Below are positions 8,469 through 17,619 of a DNA stretch of 64,000 nt, one piece after another. A program made the translations under genes and the position numbers. The notes under the pieces were generated by a model. It ran no database searches. It saw only the letters and a program-made list of their open reading frames with translations, and had not been told where the DNA came from. This stretch comes from Candidatus Latescibacterota bacterium (GTDB lineage: Bacteria > Latescibacterota > UBA2968), in NCBI GenBank assembly GCA_965116885.1, contig OZ220741.1:320001-384000 (forward strand), written 5' to 3'. The first letter of the stretch is position 1; every line of letters starts with the position of its first letter.

Positions 8469-10046
8469 CTATTCGCCTATAGACACGTCCATCATCTGAT
8501 ACACCAAATCCATACGCAAGCTGTTACGCACCCAATCGGCCAAGCGGTCATACTCCCGGTCTCGCACCACATCAACGCCGATAGGCAAAGTGACACGCTT
8601 GAGACGGGCCAACGCCTGAAGAATCGCGCGGCGCACGCCAGCGTTGTGAAACAAACCGTGAATATAAGTTCCCATGACGCGCCCCGTGGAATCCATAGCA
8701 CCATCCAAAACAGTTTGCGTCACCTGAGCGTTTACCCGGTCTATCGCAAAAATAGGCACAACGCCTTTTCCAACCGTGTGTCCCATATGAATCTCGTAGC
8801 CAGTGACCAACTCGTCGGCTACCCCAGACAACAGCCCATCGACCGCCACAGCCTCTGCCCGCACCCTGGCCTGCACGCGATGCGTCTCCTTGGAATTGGC
8901 AAAAGTAGTCACCAGGGGCAGCAGACCGAGGCCATTGACAGTATCCACAGAAGATTCAACGCCGTGTGGGTCACGGATCGTTTCGCCCAGCATCTGGTAG
9001 CCACCACAAATACCAATCACAGCCGAACCGTTCTCAAAAGCCTCAACTACGGCCCGAGACAATCCCTGTTGTGCCATCCAGAGCAGGTCGGGAATGGTCG
9101 TTTTGCTACCCGGCAAAATAACCAGATCGGGCCTACCCAAGTGGTCTCCGCACGGCACATAGCGCAAAGAAATACCCGGTTCGTGGGCCAGTGGGTCAAA
9201 ATCGTCAAAATTGGAGATATGGGGCAGTTGCACCACAGCGACATCGAGAACAGGGGCAATCTCCGAGGCAGGCCGTACCACATCCAAGGCGACAGAATCT
9301 TCCTCGGGAATGTGAATATCGCAAAAATGGGGCACAACGCCAACCACGGGTTTGCCGGTATAGCCCTCCAACCACGTCAAGCCATCGTTTAGTAAGGAAA
9401 TATCGCCGCGAAACTTGTTGATAATCAAGCCCTTGACCGCCTCGCGTTCCGCCTTATCCAGCAATTGGAGTGTACCAACCAACGAGGCAAACACGCCGCC
9501 CCGGTCAATATCGCCGCAAAGAAGCACTGGTGCATCGGCATAGAGGGCAACGCGCATATTGACAATTTCCGTGGCCTTCAGATTAATTTCAGCGGGGCTG
9601 CCCGCCCCTTCTATCACCACCGCGTCGTACTGCCGGCGCAGCGTGTCCAACGACTGTGTCACAGACTCCCACAACGTAGATTTGAGATCGTAGTAATCCC
9701 GCGCACGGGCGCGGGTAATCGGGTGCCCCATCATCACGACCTGGGCACAGTTGTCGGCCTCCGGTTTGAGCAGGACGGGATTCATTTCCACGCGAGCTTC
9801 GACACCAGCAGCCTCGGCCTGAACGACTTGGGCGCGCCCAATCTCGCCGCCATCGGCCGTAATATAGGAATTGTTGGACATATTCTGCGCCTTAAAGGGC
9901 GCCACCCGCAGACCATCTTGGCGCAAAATGCGACACAGTGCCGCCACCAGCACGCTCTTGCCCACATGAGAAGCCGTTCCTTGCACCATCAAAACGCGGC
10001 CCAGTGGCGACAACGCACGGGATAAACCAGTATCCAAATCGCTCAT
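8469..10046 (-). CDS. cobQ: Cobyric acid synthase
   Basis: MVQGTASHVGKS, PFKAQNMSNNS, EGAGSPAEINL, DIDRGGVFA, ISNFDDFDPL, GICGGYQMLG, GYEIHMG, GTYIHGLF. Confidence 0.96.
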   Translation of the reverse strand: MSDLDTGLSRALSPLGRVLMVQGTASHVGKSVLVAALCRILRQDGLRVAPFKAQNMSNNSYITADGGEIGRAQVVQAEAAGVEARVEMNPVLLKPEADNCAQVVMMGHPITRARARDYYDLKSTLWESVTQSLDTLRRQYDAVVIEGAGSPAEINLKATEIVNMRVALYADAPVLLCGDIDRGGVFASLVGTLQLLDKAEREAVKGLIINKFRGDISLLNDGLTWLEGYTGKPVVGVVPHFCDIHIPEEDSVALDVVRPASEIAPVLDVAVVQLPHISNFDDFDPLAHEPGISLRYVPCGDHLGRPDLVILPGSKTTIPDLLWMAQQGLSRAVVEAFENGSAVIGICGGYQMLGETIRDPHGVESSVDTVNGLGLLPLVTTFANSKETHRVQARVRAEAVAVDGLLSGVADELVTGYEIHMGHTVGKGVVPIFAIDRVNAQVTQTVLDGAMDSTGRVMGTYIHGLFHNAGVRRAILQALARLKRVTLPIGVDVVRDREYDRLADWVRNSLRMDLVYQMMDVSIGE

Positions 10047-10167
10047 TAAAATCCAAATAAAAATTTTGTGGTTGCTTTTTCGCGCTATATTCAGCACAAA
10101 AGATAGGACTTGCACCTGAAAAGAGCAAGCCCCAGATCAGTGGATGAACGATTATCGCATCTGCGAA

Positions 10168-12369
10168 TCAAAAAAACGACAGCTTATAATGCACTTCAAT
10201 ACTCCGCCCCGTTTCGGGCATCACAGATCGAATGCGCGAAAGATGGTTGCGGTATTCCGTATCCAAAAGATTGTCCAAAGAGAGAATAATACTATGGCGG
10301 GTATGGTCGGTGTTAATGTCGCGCTGGGCATACACACCGAAAACAGCATAGCCATCCGTAGGATCTTCGAATATATCCACACGCTCCTGTCCTGCGACAA
10401 ATTCCGCAGTCCCGCCAACCGTAAGAAAGGGATGCTCATAGGTCGTACTGCCCACAAACTTGAGCGGTGGCATCTCGGGCAGAGGCAAATGCTCATCCCT
10501 ATTCTCGCCGCGCACATAACTACCGTTCAATTCCAGACTCAGACGCGTATTCAAACGCCACCCCAGATGCATCTCCAAACCCAAAAATCGCGCGGCAACA
10601 CCATCGGCAGCGTAAATCGGCAGCAGTTGGGCAAAATTGATCTCTCCGGTATTGCGCGGGGCAATATAGGTATCAAACTCGTTCCAATATCCACTCAAAA
10701 CAAAATCGATACCCGGTTGCAAATAATGAAAAAAGACCTCAAAGCCCAGACTCGTCTCGGCCTCGAGATCGATATTACCCACCTCAAAAGTGTAAGCAGC
10801 CAGATGCGGTCCATCGTTATAAAGCTCTTCAATCGTAGGCTCCCGCTGGGATCGGCTGAAATTGAAACCGCCAGTTAGCTGATCGGTAATGTTCACAAGC
10901 GGACTAATTGCCGCAGACCAGGCGTGAAAGGTGCGATCTACATCGAGATCTGCAATACTCTTTGTTCTTGGGCGCGGATCAAAGTCGGCATACGTATAAC
11001 GCGCAGAAGCCTGAAATTCGATATGCCGATAGCTAAACTCGTGATAAAAACCAAGGTAAGCATTTAGCTCTCGCGTGGGCGGCGTAAAAACAAACGCCCC
11101 CAATTTGAGATGGTGGTGACCAAAGCCGAAGGCGAAAACGGTATTTCGCGTCTGGCCCTGTGTGTTCATAAACAATTTGAGATCACCGCTATAGTCGTGG
11201 AACAAAAACTCGGCCCCAATATTGCCACTTGATTCATACTCGAAGTGGTGGTAGTGAGTCCTGGTAAAATCCATCTCTACGCTACTGAACACCTGGTGAT
11301 CAAAATGGAAGGCCGCCCTGCCATCAAATATCCGGCGATCAATATCCAGATCCACGCCATTGGGATGCCCGCCAATAAATCCACCGGGAATGCCATATTG
11401 GGTATCGAACTGGTCAAAAGAAGCACCAATATATCCCCGGTCAGTCGGATATGACAGACCGAGCGTATGCGTGCGCGTGTCAATAGGCGTGTTGGCGAGC
11501 CTGCCAATGGGGGTTTGCACATCCCGGGTATTGCGGTACGTAGTCTCGGCATACAGCGCGAGTGGCCCCACGGGCACGGTAATACCAGCGGCAGAGAGAT
11601 ACCCGCGATTGACCGTCTCGCCATAAACACCAACACTGCCAGAAACGCGCTGCGGATAGTCTTCCGGAATCTTCTTTTTCACGACATTGATAACCCCGCC
11701 AATAGCCGATGCCGTGTGAAGCAAGGTGCGTGGACCCCGGATAATTTCGAGGCGTTCTGAATTAAAAGGCTCGAGCGTAACCGCGTGATCAGCAGAAGTC
11801 GCGGATAAATCCCGAGCCTCGATACCATCTATATTGATCTGTACGCGGTCGCCACTCAGGCCACGTATAACCGGACGAGCAGGTGCAGGCCCCATGCTGC
11901 GGATAGCGACGCCGATTTCGTTTTTTATCGTCTCGGCAAGCGTGAGACTGTACTTCTTCTGAAGCTCATCTCCCGAAAGCACGCCCGTCGCTTCGTGCAA
12001 TGCTTCAAAATGAGTTTCCGCACTTTTCTCTACCACGTCAATGGTATCAATCTGGATTTCCCGGGCAACCATTTCGATGTACAGAATGGGCAATTTCTCA
12101 CCTGAGACCCTTACTTCCCGACGCGCTATCCGATAGCCGAGACGAAAAAAAGACAGGCGATGAACGCCCTGCGACAGACGCAAGACAAAACGGCCCCGAT
12201 CATCGGTTGTCGTGCTCGTTGCGCCATCATCGAGTTTGATATCGACATTGTCAATTGCGCGTTGGGTCTTGTGATCAAAAACATATCCCTCGAGCAAACG
12301 CGTCTCATCCGACGCGCTGACCGCAAAAAAAAAGAACACAACAAACAGAATAGAAGCCGTGAATTTCAA
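10168..12369 (-). CDS. TonB-dependent receptor, ZnuD-like (copy A)
   Basis: Signal peptide, carboxypeptidase-regulatory-like N domain, plug with GPAPARPVIRGLSGDRV..DLSATSADHAV, C-terminal YRNHLS..PETGRS..F. Confidence 0.92.
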   Translation of the reverse strand: MKFTASILFVVFFFFAVSASDETRLLEGYVFDHKTQRAIDNVDIKLDDGATSTTTDDRGRFVLRLSQGVHRLSFFRLGYRIARREVRVSGEKLPILYIEMVAREIQIDTIDVVEKSAETHFEALHEATGVLSGDELQKKYSLTLAETIKNEIGVAIRSMGPAPARPVIRGLSGDRVQINIDGIEARDLSATSADHAVTLEPFNSERLEIIRGPRTLLHTASAIGGVINVVKKKIPEDYPQRVSGSVGVYGETVNRGYLSAAGITVPVGPLALYAETTYRNTRDVQTPIGRLANTPIDTRTHTLGLSYPTDRGYIGASFDQFDTQYGIPGGFIGGHPNGVDLDIDRRIFDGRAAFHFDHQVFSSVEMDFTRTHYHHFEYESSGNIGAEFLFHDYSGDLKLFMNTQGQTRNTVFAFGFGHHHLKLGAFVFTPPTRELNAYLGFYHEFSYRHIEFQASARYTYADFDPRPRTKSIADLDVDRTFHAWSAAISPLVNITDQLTGGFNFSRSQREPTIEELYNDGPHLAAYTFEVGNIDLEAETSLGFEVFFHYLQPGIDFVLSGYWNEFDTYIAPRNTGEINFAQLLPIYAADGVAARFLGLEMHLGWRLNTRLSLELNGSYVRGENRDEHLPLPEMPPLKFVGSTTYEHPFLTVGGTAEFVAGQERVDIFEDPTDGYAVFGVYAQRDINTDHTRHSIILSLDNLLDTEYRNHLSRIRSVMPETGRSIEVHYKLSFF

Positions 12370-12392
12370 AATGAATCTCCAACAAACAAAAA

Positions 12393-12427
12393 GCCCTCAC
12401 CCGGTCTTTCAAAAACAGGGTGAGGGC
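12393..12427 (-). terminator. Terminator-like hairpin between lipoprotein and receptor (copy A)
   Basis: GCCCTCACCC..GGGTGAGGGC followed by TTTTTGTTTGTT on the minus strand. Confidence 0.7.
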
Positions 12428-12437
12428 AAAGCAATTA

Positions 12438-12926
12438 CTACTCTCCGACATGCACGGGAATGGGAATGGTGCGAAAATCCACATGATCGTCGTGCGTGAC
12501 CTGGAGCTCAATCGTAGTCTCGCCTACCTTGAGACCCCGCAGGTGAAAATCAAACTTGCCAACATCGTCGGCATCCTGAACAACTTCCAAAACCGTGGGA
12601 TCGGCAATCGCCCAGGTAAATTTGAAATCCGGATCATCTGGCGGGTCAATCTCGTCGCCATGGTCATCCAGAAAACGAATACTCCAGTGCGACGTTTCCT
12701 CATTGAGGGGTGCGTCGAGATGATCTTTCCGACCACCGCTGGCATCAATCTGCCCTTGAAAATAGCGGAAAAAACGATTGCCCGAATCTATGATAACCAG
12801 ACCCTCGGGTTCGAAATGCTCTTCCTGGTGAGACATGGGATCGTCACTACCACAACCGATCACAAAGAAAGTTAGAACTGCCACAGCGGCAAAGGTGCGT
12901 TGAAACGAGTTTCTTCTAAAAAACAT
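12438..12926 (-). CDS. His/Asp-rich lipoprotein (copy A)
   Basis: AGGAG RBS before MFFRRN, lipobox VIGC, SHQEEH..DH..THDDHVDF. Confidence 0.8.
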   Translation of the reverse strand: MFFRRNSFQRTFAAVAVLTFFVIGCGSDDPMSHQEEHFEPEGLVIIDSGNRFFRYFQGQIDASGGRKDHLDAPLNEETSHWSIRFLDDHGDEIDPPDDPDFKFTWAIADPTVLEVVQDADDVGKFDFHLRGLKVGETTIELQVTHDDHVDFRTIPIPVHVGE

Positions 12927-13047
12927 GATAGTCTCCTGAATAAGCCCGCACGGGCAGAGAACACAGAGAGAGGTCCTCTTATGCCCGCACAAAAAAGCAC
13001 AAAGATATAAAAAATAATGCAAACTTTAGTATTAAGATATTCAGTAT

Positions 13048-13326
13048 TCAGAAACCTACTGGGGGGGATCGGCCCTGAGGCGAAAGGAAAAACTGGTGGG
13101 ATAAAAATGTGAGATGCAGCAGAATAGCAAAACAACAGGCGTATAATACACCAAAAACGACTATGGCACTGATAAGACCACTAAAGCTATAAACCCAATG
13201 GCAAACGAGGCAATGGATGTCATGTTCAACATGCTCAACCACATGCCCAAAGGCAAGGGCAAACGCGCCGATGAACAATATGGCGATCAGCCTTTTAACG
13301 AGCGGGGATCTGAGGTAGAGATTCAT
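13048..13326 (-). CDS. DUF2946-like small membrane leader protein with C-terminal RSPP (copy A)
   Basis: Hydrophobic helix, HVVEHVEHDIHCLVCH, second hydrophobic segment, ends SPQGRSPPVGF. ORF preserved in both copies. Confidence 0.75.
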   Translation of the reverse strand: MNLYLRSPLVKRLIAILFIGAFALAFGHVVEHVEHDIHCLVCHWVYSFSGLISAIVVFGVLYACCFAILLHLTFLSHQFFLSPQGRSPPVGF

Positions 13327-13415
13327 TATATAGGGTCATCTCGAACAAACATTTTCTGCTACAAGTGGCGTTGATCTTTTTTTGCCTCTTAAGTTCAAAG
13401 ATAGATATTGACCTC

Positions 13416-13454
13416 AAAAAGAGCAAGCCCCAGATCAGTCTGCTGGTCTGGGGC
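13416..13454 (-). terminator. Terminator after receptor copy B
   Basis: GCCCCAGACCAG-caga-CTGATCTGGGGC then TTGCTCTTTTT. Confidence 0.65.
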
Positions 13455-13486
13455 ATAGTGAAATGTCAGCATATCTGACCGCTAAA

Positions 13487-15688
13487 TTAAAAGAAAAACA
13501 TCTTGTAATGCACTTTAATGCTCCGCCCCGTTTCGGGCATCACGGATCGAATGCGCGAGAGATGGTTGCGGTATTCCGTATCCAAAAGGTTGTCCAAAGA
13601 AAGAATAATACTATGGCGGGTATGATTGGTGTTAATATCGCGCTGTGCATACACACCAAAAACAGCATAGCCATCCGTAGAATCTTCGAATATATCCACA
13701 CGCTCCTGTCCTGCGACAAATTCCGCAGTCCCACCAACCGTAAGAAAGGGATGCTCATAGGTCGTACTGCCCACAAACTTGAGCGGTGGCATCTCGGGCA
13801 AGGGCAAATGCTCATCCCTATTCTCGCCGCGCACATAACTACCGTTCAATTCCAGACTCAGACGCGTATTCAAACGCCATCCCAGATGCATCTCCAGACC
13901 CAAAAATCGCGCGGCAACACCATCGGCAGCGTAAATCGGCAGCAGTTGGGCAAAATTGATCTCTCCGGTATTGCGCGGAGCAATATAGGTATCGAACTCG
14001 TTCCAATATCCGCTCAAAACAAAATCGAAACCCGGTTGCAGATAGTGAAAAAAGACCTCGAAGCCCAGACTCGTTTCGGCCTCGAGATCGATATTACCCA
14101 CCTCAAAAGTGTAAGCAGCCAGATGCGGTCCATCGTTATAAAGCTCTTCAATCGTAGGCTCCCGCTGGGATCGGCTGAAATTGAAACCGCCAGTTAGCTG
14201 ATCGGTAATGTTCACAAGCGGACTAATTGCCGCAGACCAGGCGTGAAAGGTGCGACCTACACGGAGAGCCGCCAGACTCCTTGTCGTCGGACGCGGATCA
14301 AAGTCGGCATACGTATAACGCGCAGCAGCCTGAAATTCGATATCGCGATAAATAAATTCGTGGTAGAGACCTAATGAAGCGCATTGCTCTCGCGTGGGCG
14401 GCGTAAAAACAAACCCCCCCAATTTGAGGTTATGATGGCCAAAGCCCAGGGACAGAACGGTATTTCGCGTCTGACCCTGTGTGTTCATAAGCAACTTGAG
14501 ATCTCCGCGGTAGTCGTGGAACAAAAACTCGGACCCAATACTGCCACTGGATTCGTACTCAAAGTGGTGATAGAAGGTCCTGGTAAAATCCATTTCTACA
14601 CTACTGAACACCTGGTGATCAAAATGGAAGGCCGCCCTGCCATCAAATATCCGGCGATCAATATCCAGATCCACGCCATTGGGATGCCCGCCAATAAATC
14701 CGCCTGGAATGCCATATTGGGTATCGAACTGGTCAAAAGAAGCACCAATATATCCCCGGTCAGTCGGATATGACAGACCGAGCGTATGCGTGCGCGTATC
14801 AATAGGGGTATTGACAAGCCTGCCAATGGGGGTTTGCACATCCCGGGTATTGCGGTACGTAGTCTCGGCATACAGCGCGAGTGGCCCCACGGGCACGGTA
14901 ATACCAGCGGCAGAGAGATACCCGCGATTAACTGTCTCTCCATAAGCACCAACACTGCCAGAAACGCGCTGCGGATGGTCTTCCGGTATCTTCTGTTTCA
15001 CCACATTGATAACCCCGCCAATAGCCGATGCCGTGTGAAGCAGTATGCGCGGACCCCGGATAATTTCGAGGCGTTCTGAATTAAAAGGCTCAAGCGTAAC
15101 CGCGTGATCAGCAGAAGTCGCGGATAAATCCCGAGTCTCCATACCATCTATATTGATCTGCACGCGGTCACCACTCAGGCCGCGTATAACTGGTCGAGCG
15201 GGTGCGGGTCCCATGCTGCGGATAGCGACACCGATTTCGTTTTTCATCGTCTCTGCAAGCGTGAGACTATACTTCTTCTGAAGTTCATCTCCAGAAAGCA
15301 CGCCAGTCGCTTCGTACAATTCTTCAAAGCGCGTCTCTGCACTTTGGGCGACCACCTCAATGGTATCCGCAACAATTTCCCGGGCAACCATTTCGACGTA
15401 CAGAATGGGCAATTTCTCATCCGAAACCCTTATTTCCCGACTCACCAATCCATACCCGAGACGAAAAAAAGACAGGCGATGAACGCCCTCCGATAGACGC
15501 AAGACAAAACGGCCCCGATCATCGGTTGTCGTGCTCGTTGCGCCATCATCGAGTATGATATCGACATTGTCAATTGTGCGTTGAGTTTTGCGATCAAAAA
15601 CATATCCCTCGAGCAAACGCGTCTCATCCGACGCGTTGATCGCGGAAAAGCAGACCACAAAAACGAGAATGAAGGCTGTAAATCTCAA
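13487..15688 (-). CDS. TonB-dependent receptor, ZnuD-like (copy B)
   Basis: Paralog of 10168-12369. TTG start after AGGAGG gives the same length. Confidence 0.92.
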   Translation of the reverse strand: MRFTAFILVFVVCFSAINASDETRLLEGYVFDRKTQRTIDNVDIILDDGATSTTTDDRGRFVLRLSEGVHRLSFFRLGYGLVSREIRVSDEKLPILYVEMVAREIVADTIEVVAQSAETRFEELYEATGVLSGDELQKKYSLTLAETMKNEIGVAIRSMGPAPARPVIRGLSGDRVQINIDGMETRDLSATSADHAVTLEPFNSERLEIIRGPRILLHTASAIGGVINVVKQKIPEDHPQRVSGSVGAYGETVNRGYLSAAGITVPVGPLALYAETTYRNTRDVQTPIGRLVNTPIDTRTHTLGLSYPTDRGYIGASFDQFDTQYGIPGGFIGGHPNGVDLDIDRRIFDGRAAFHFDHQVFSSVEMDFTRTFYHHFEYESSGSIGSEFLFHDYRGDLKLLMNTQGQTRNTVLSLGFGHHNLKLGGFVFTPPTREQCASLGLYHEFIYRDIEFQAAARYTYADFDPRPTTRSLAALRVGRTFHAWSAAISPLVNITDQLTGGFNFSRSQREPTIEELYNDGPHLAAYTFEVGNIDLEAETSLGFEVFFHYLQPGFDFVLSGYWNEFDTYIAPRNTGEINFAQLLPIYAADGVAARFLGLEMHLGWRLNTRLSLELNGSYVRGENRDEHLPLPEMPPLKFVGSTTYEHPFLTVGGTAEFVAGQERVDIFEDSTDGYAVFGVYAQRDINTNHTRHSIILSLDNLLDTEYRNHLSRIRSVMPETGRSIKVHYKMFFF

Positions 15689-15707
15689 AACATACCTCCT
15701 ATAAAAA

Positions 15708-15742
15708 ACCCTCACCCTGAGTCTGAAAGACCGGATGAGGGC
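15708..15742 (-). terminator. Terminator-like hairpin between lipoprotein and receptor (copy B)
   Basis: GCCCTCATCC..GGGTGAGGGT followed by TTTTTAT. Confidence 0.7.
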
Positions 15743-15752
15743 AAAGCAATTA

Positions 15753-16241
15753 CTACTCTCCGACATGCACGGGAATGGGAATGGTGCGAAAATCTACATG
15801 ATCGTCGTGCGTGACCTGGAGCTCAATCGTAGTCTCGCCTACCTTGAGACCCCGCAGATGAAAATCAAACTTGCCAACATCGTCGGCATCCTGAACAACT
15901 TCCAAAACCGTAGGATCGGCAATCGCCCAGGTAAATTTGAAATCCGGATCATCTGGCGGGTCAATCTCGTCGCCATGGTCATCCAGAAAACGGATGCTCC
16001 AGTGCGACGTTTCCTCATTGAGGGGAGCGTCGAGATGATCTTTCCGACCACCGCTGGCATCAATCTGCCCTTGAAAATAGCGAAAAAAACGATTGCCCGA
16101 ATCTATGATAACCAGACCCTCGGGTTCGAAATGCTCTTCCTGGTGAGACATGGGATCGTCACTACCACAACCGATCACAAAGAAAGTTAGAACTGCCACA
16201 GCAGCAAAGGTGCGTTGAAACGAGTTTCTTGCAAAAAACAT
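15753..16241 (-). CDS. His/Asp-rich lipoprotein (copy B)
   Basis: Identical to copy A except one signal-peptide residue (R/A). Confidence 0.8.
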   Translation of the reverse strand: MFFARNSFQRTFAAVAVLTFFVIGCGSDDPMSHQEEHFEPEGLVIIDSGNRFFRYFQGQIDASGGRKDHLDAPLNEETSHWSIRFLDDHGDEIDPPDDPDFKFTWAIADPTVLEVVQDADDVGKFDFHLRGLKVGETTIELQVTHDDHVDFRTIPIPVHVGE

Positions 16242-16362
16242 GATAGTCTCCTGAATAAGCCCGCACGGGCAGAGAACACAGAGAGAGGTCCTCTTATGCC
16301 CGCACAAAAAGGCACAAAGATATAAAAAATAATGCAAACTTTAGTATTAAGATATTCAGTAT

Positions 16363-16650
16363 TCAGGAGACTACTGGAGGGGATCGGCTCTGAGGTGAAA
16401 GGGAAAACTGGTGGGATAAAAATGTGGGATGCGGCAGAGCGAAAAAATAACAGGCGTATAATGCACCAAAAACGACTATGACACTGATAAGACCACAAAA
16501 GCTATAAACCCAATGGCAAACGAAGCAATGGGTGTCATGTTCACCGTGTTCATCATGTTCAACCGCATGCCCAAAGGCAAGGGCAAACGCGCCGACGAGC
16601 AATATGACGATCAGCGTCTTAACGAGCGGGTGTCTGGTGTAGAGATTCAT
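16363..16650 (-). CDS. DUF2946-like small membrane leader protein with C-terminal RSPP (copy B)
   Basis: HAVEHDEHGEHDTHCFVCH, ends SPQSRSPPVVS. Confidence 0.75.
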   Translation of the reverse strand: MNLYTRHPLVKTLIVILLVGAFALAFGHAVEHDEHGEHDTHCFVCHWVYSFCGLISVIVVFGALYACYFFALPHPTFLSHQFSLSPQSRSPPVVS

Positions 16651-16703
16651 TTTTAATACTATATGGGACTACCTCGAGCAAAAGTAGTTGTCTATCAGTG
16701 CGT

Positions 16704-17168
16704 CTATTTGTCCCCTGCGGAATGCGCTCGCAATTGTCTAATCGATTGCAAGCGCAAAAGCAATTTTTCGAGATTTGATTTTAGCTCTTTTTGGATCTCG
16801 ACCATTTGCTCGGGCGTCACCTGTAGATTCTCTTTTTCGCCATGGTGTTCATGGCCGTGATCATGACCGTGATCATGGGCCTCTTCCGAGTCATCTCCCG
16901 GCACTTCAACCACGTTTTTTTCCCACAATTCAAAGTCTTTTTCGATAACCTGAAGACTATCGCGTATTTCCACAGCATGATGTGAAAGTGACTTCAAGCT
17001 ATCCAGTTGATTCTCAAATTGCTTTTCAATTTCCATCATCGCCTTGTGAATATCCGTCGCCTGTTGCAAGTGGTGTGCATCTTCTTTATTTTCTCCCTGG
17101 CAAGAAACAAAGAACGCAAACACTATAACACTTATCACTTTGAGTCGCATTGGATTTTGTCTCTCCAT
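16704..17168 (-). CDS. His-rich helical lipoprotein
   Basis: Lipobox FVSC, VEVPG..HDHGHDHGHEHH. Confidence 0.75.
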   Translation of the reverse strand: MERQNPMRLKVISVIVFAFFVSCQGENKEDAHHLQQATDIHKAMMEIEKQFENQLDSLKSLSHHAVEIRDSLQVIEKDFELWEKNVVEVPGDDSEEAHDHGHDHGHEHHGEKENLQVTPEQMVEIQKELKSNLEKLLLRLQSIRQLRAHSAGDK

Positions 17169-17196
17169 ATTTTACGTCTCCTTTCGCGTGTTTATC

Positions 17197-17595
17197 CTAT
17201 TTTTCACAATCATCTTTGCGACATAAATGATGATTCCGAATATGGCCTGAGATCAAAAATCCCGACCCAAAAACGGTCCCCACCCGTTCCCCTATCTCCC
17301 CAAAAAGATCATGGCCAACCATAACCATTACGACGAGAAGGGACAGCCCGAGGATACCGAAACCAATGACAAATTGATCTTTATGACGGCGACACCCCAA
17401 TCCAAGAGCAAGAATGCTGGTAGGCAGAATCAGCCACATCAAAAGCCCATGAAAATGTTCACCGCCAACAAATGTAGTTGCCAACAACGGAAACGCAATA
17501 AGTGCAACAGGCAATGTCAAACAATGGATCGCACACATTGTTGAAAGAACAATGGCGATTTTGTCACCTGCGGTTTGATAGCTCAAACGCGCCAT
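17197..17595 (-). CDS. MerC domain-containing membrane protein
   Basis: DKIAIVLSTMCAIHCLTLP, GCRRHK, GHIRNHHLC, four TM segments. Confidence 0.88.
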   Translation of the reverse strand: MARLSYQTAGDKIAIVLSTMCAIHCLTLPVALIAFPLLATTFVGGEHFHGLLMWLILPTSILALGLGCRRHKDQFVIGFGILGLSLLVVMVMVGHDLFGEIGERVGTVFGSGFLISGHIRNHHLCRKDDCEK

Positions 17596-17619
17596 TTATT
17601 ATCTCCTTTTCACTTATAC

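Larger units (their letters stand above)
10096..16685. repeat. Tandem duplication of a ~3.3-kb three-gene module (approx. 10096-13350 and 13396-16685)
   Basis: Near-identical blocks, e.g. AAAAGAGCAAGCCCCAGATCAGT at ~10119 and ~13417. Paired receptors of equal length (2202 nt), paired lipoproteins and leaders. Boundaries approximate. Confidence 0.95.

Noticed and set aside
12927..13022. Cys-rich N-terminal extension MHYFLYLCAFLCGHKRTSLCVLCPCG on both lipoproteins
   Set aside because: The AGGAG RBS and lipoprotein signal start at the downstream Met. Conservation is explained by the duplicated spacer.
17197..17595. Mercury resistance operon
   Set aside because: The MerC-domain gene has no merA/merP/merT, and the distant MerR-family gene is tied to a sigma factor. 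The context is metal uptake.
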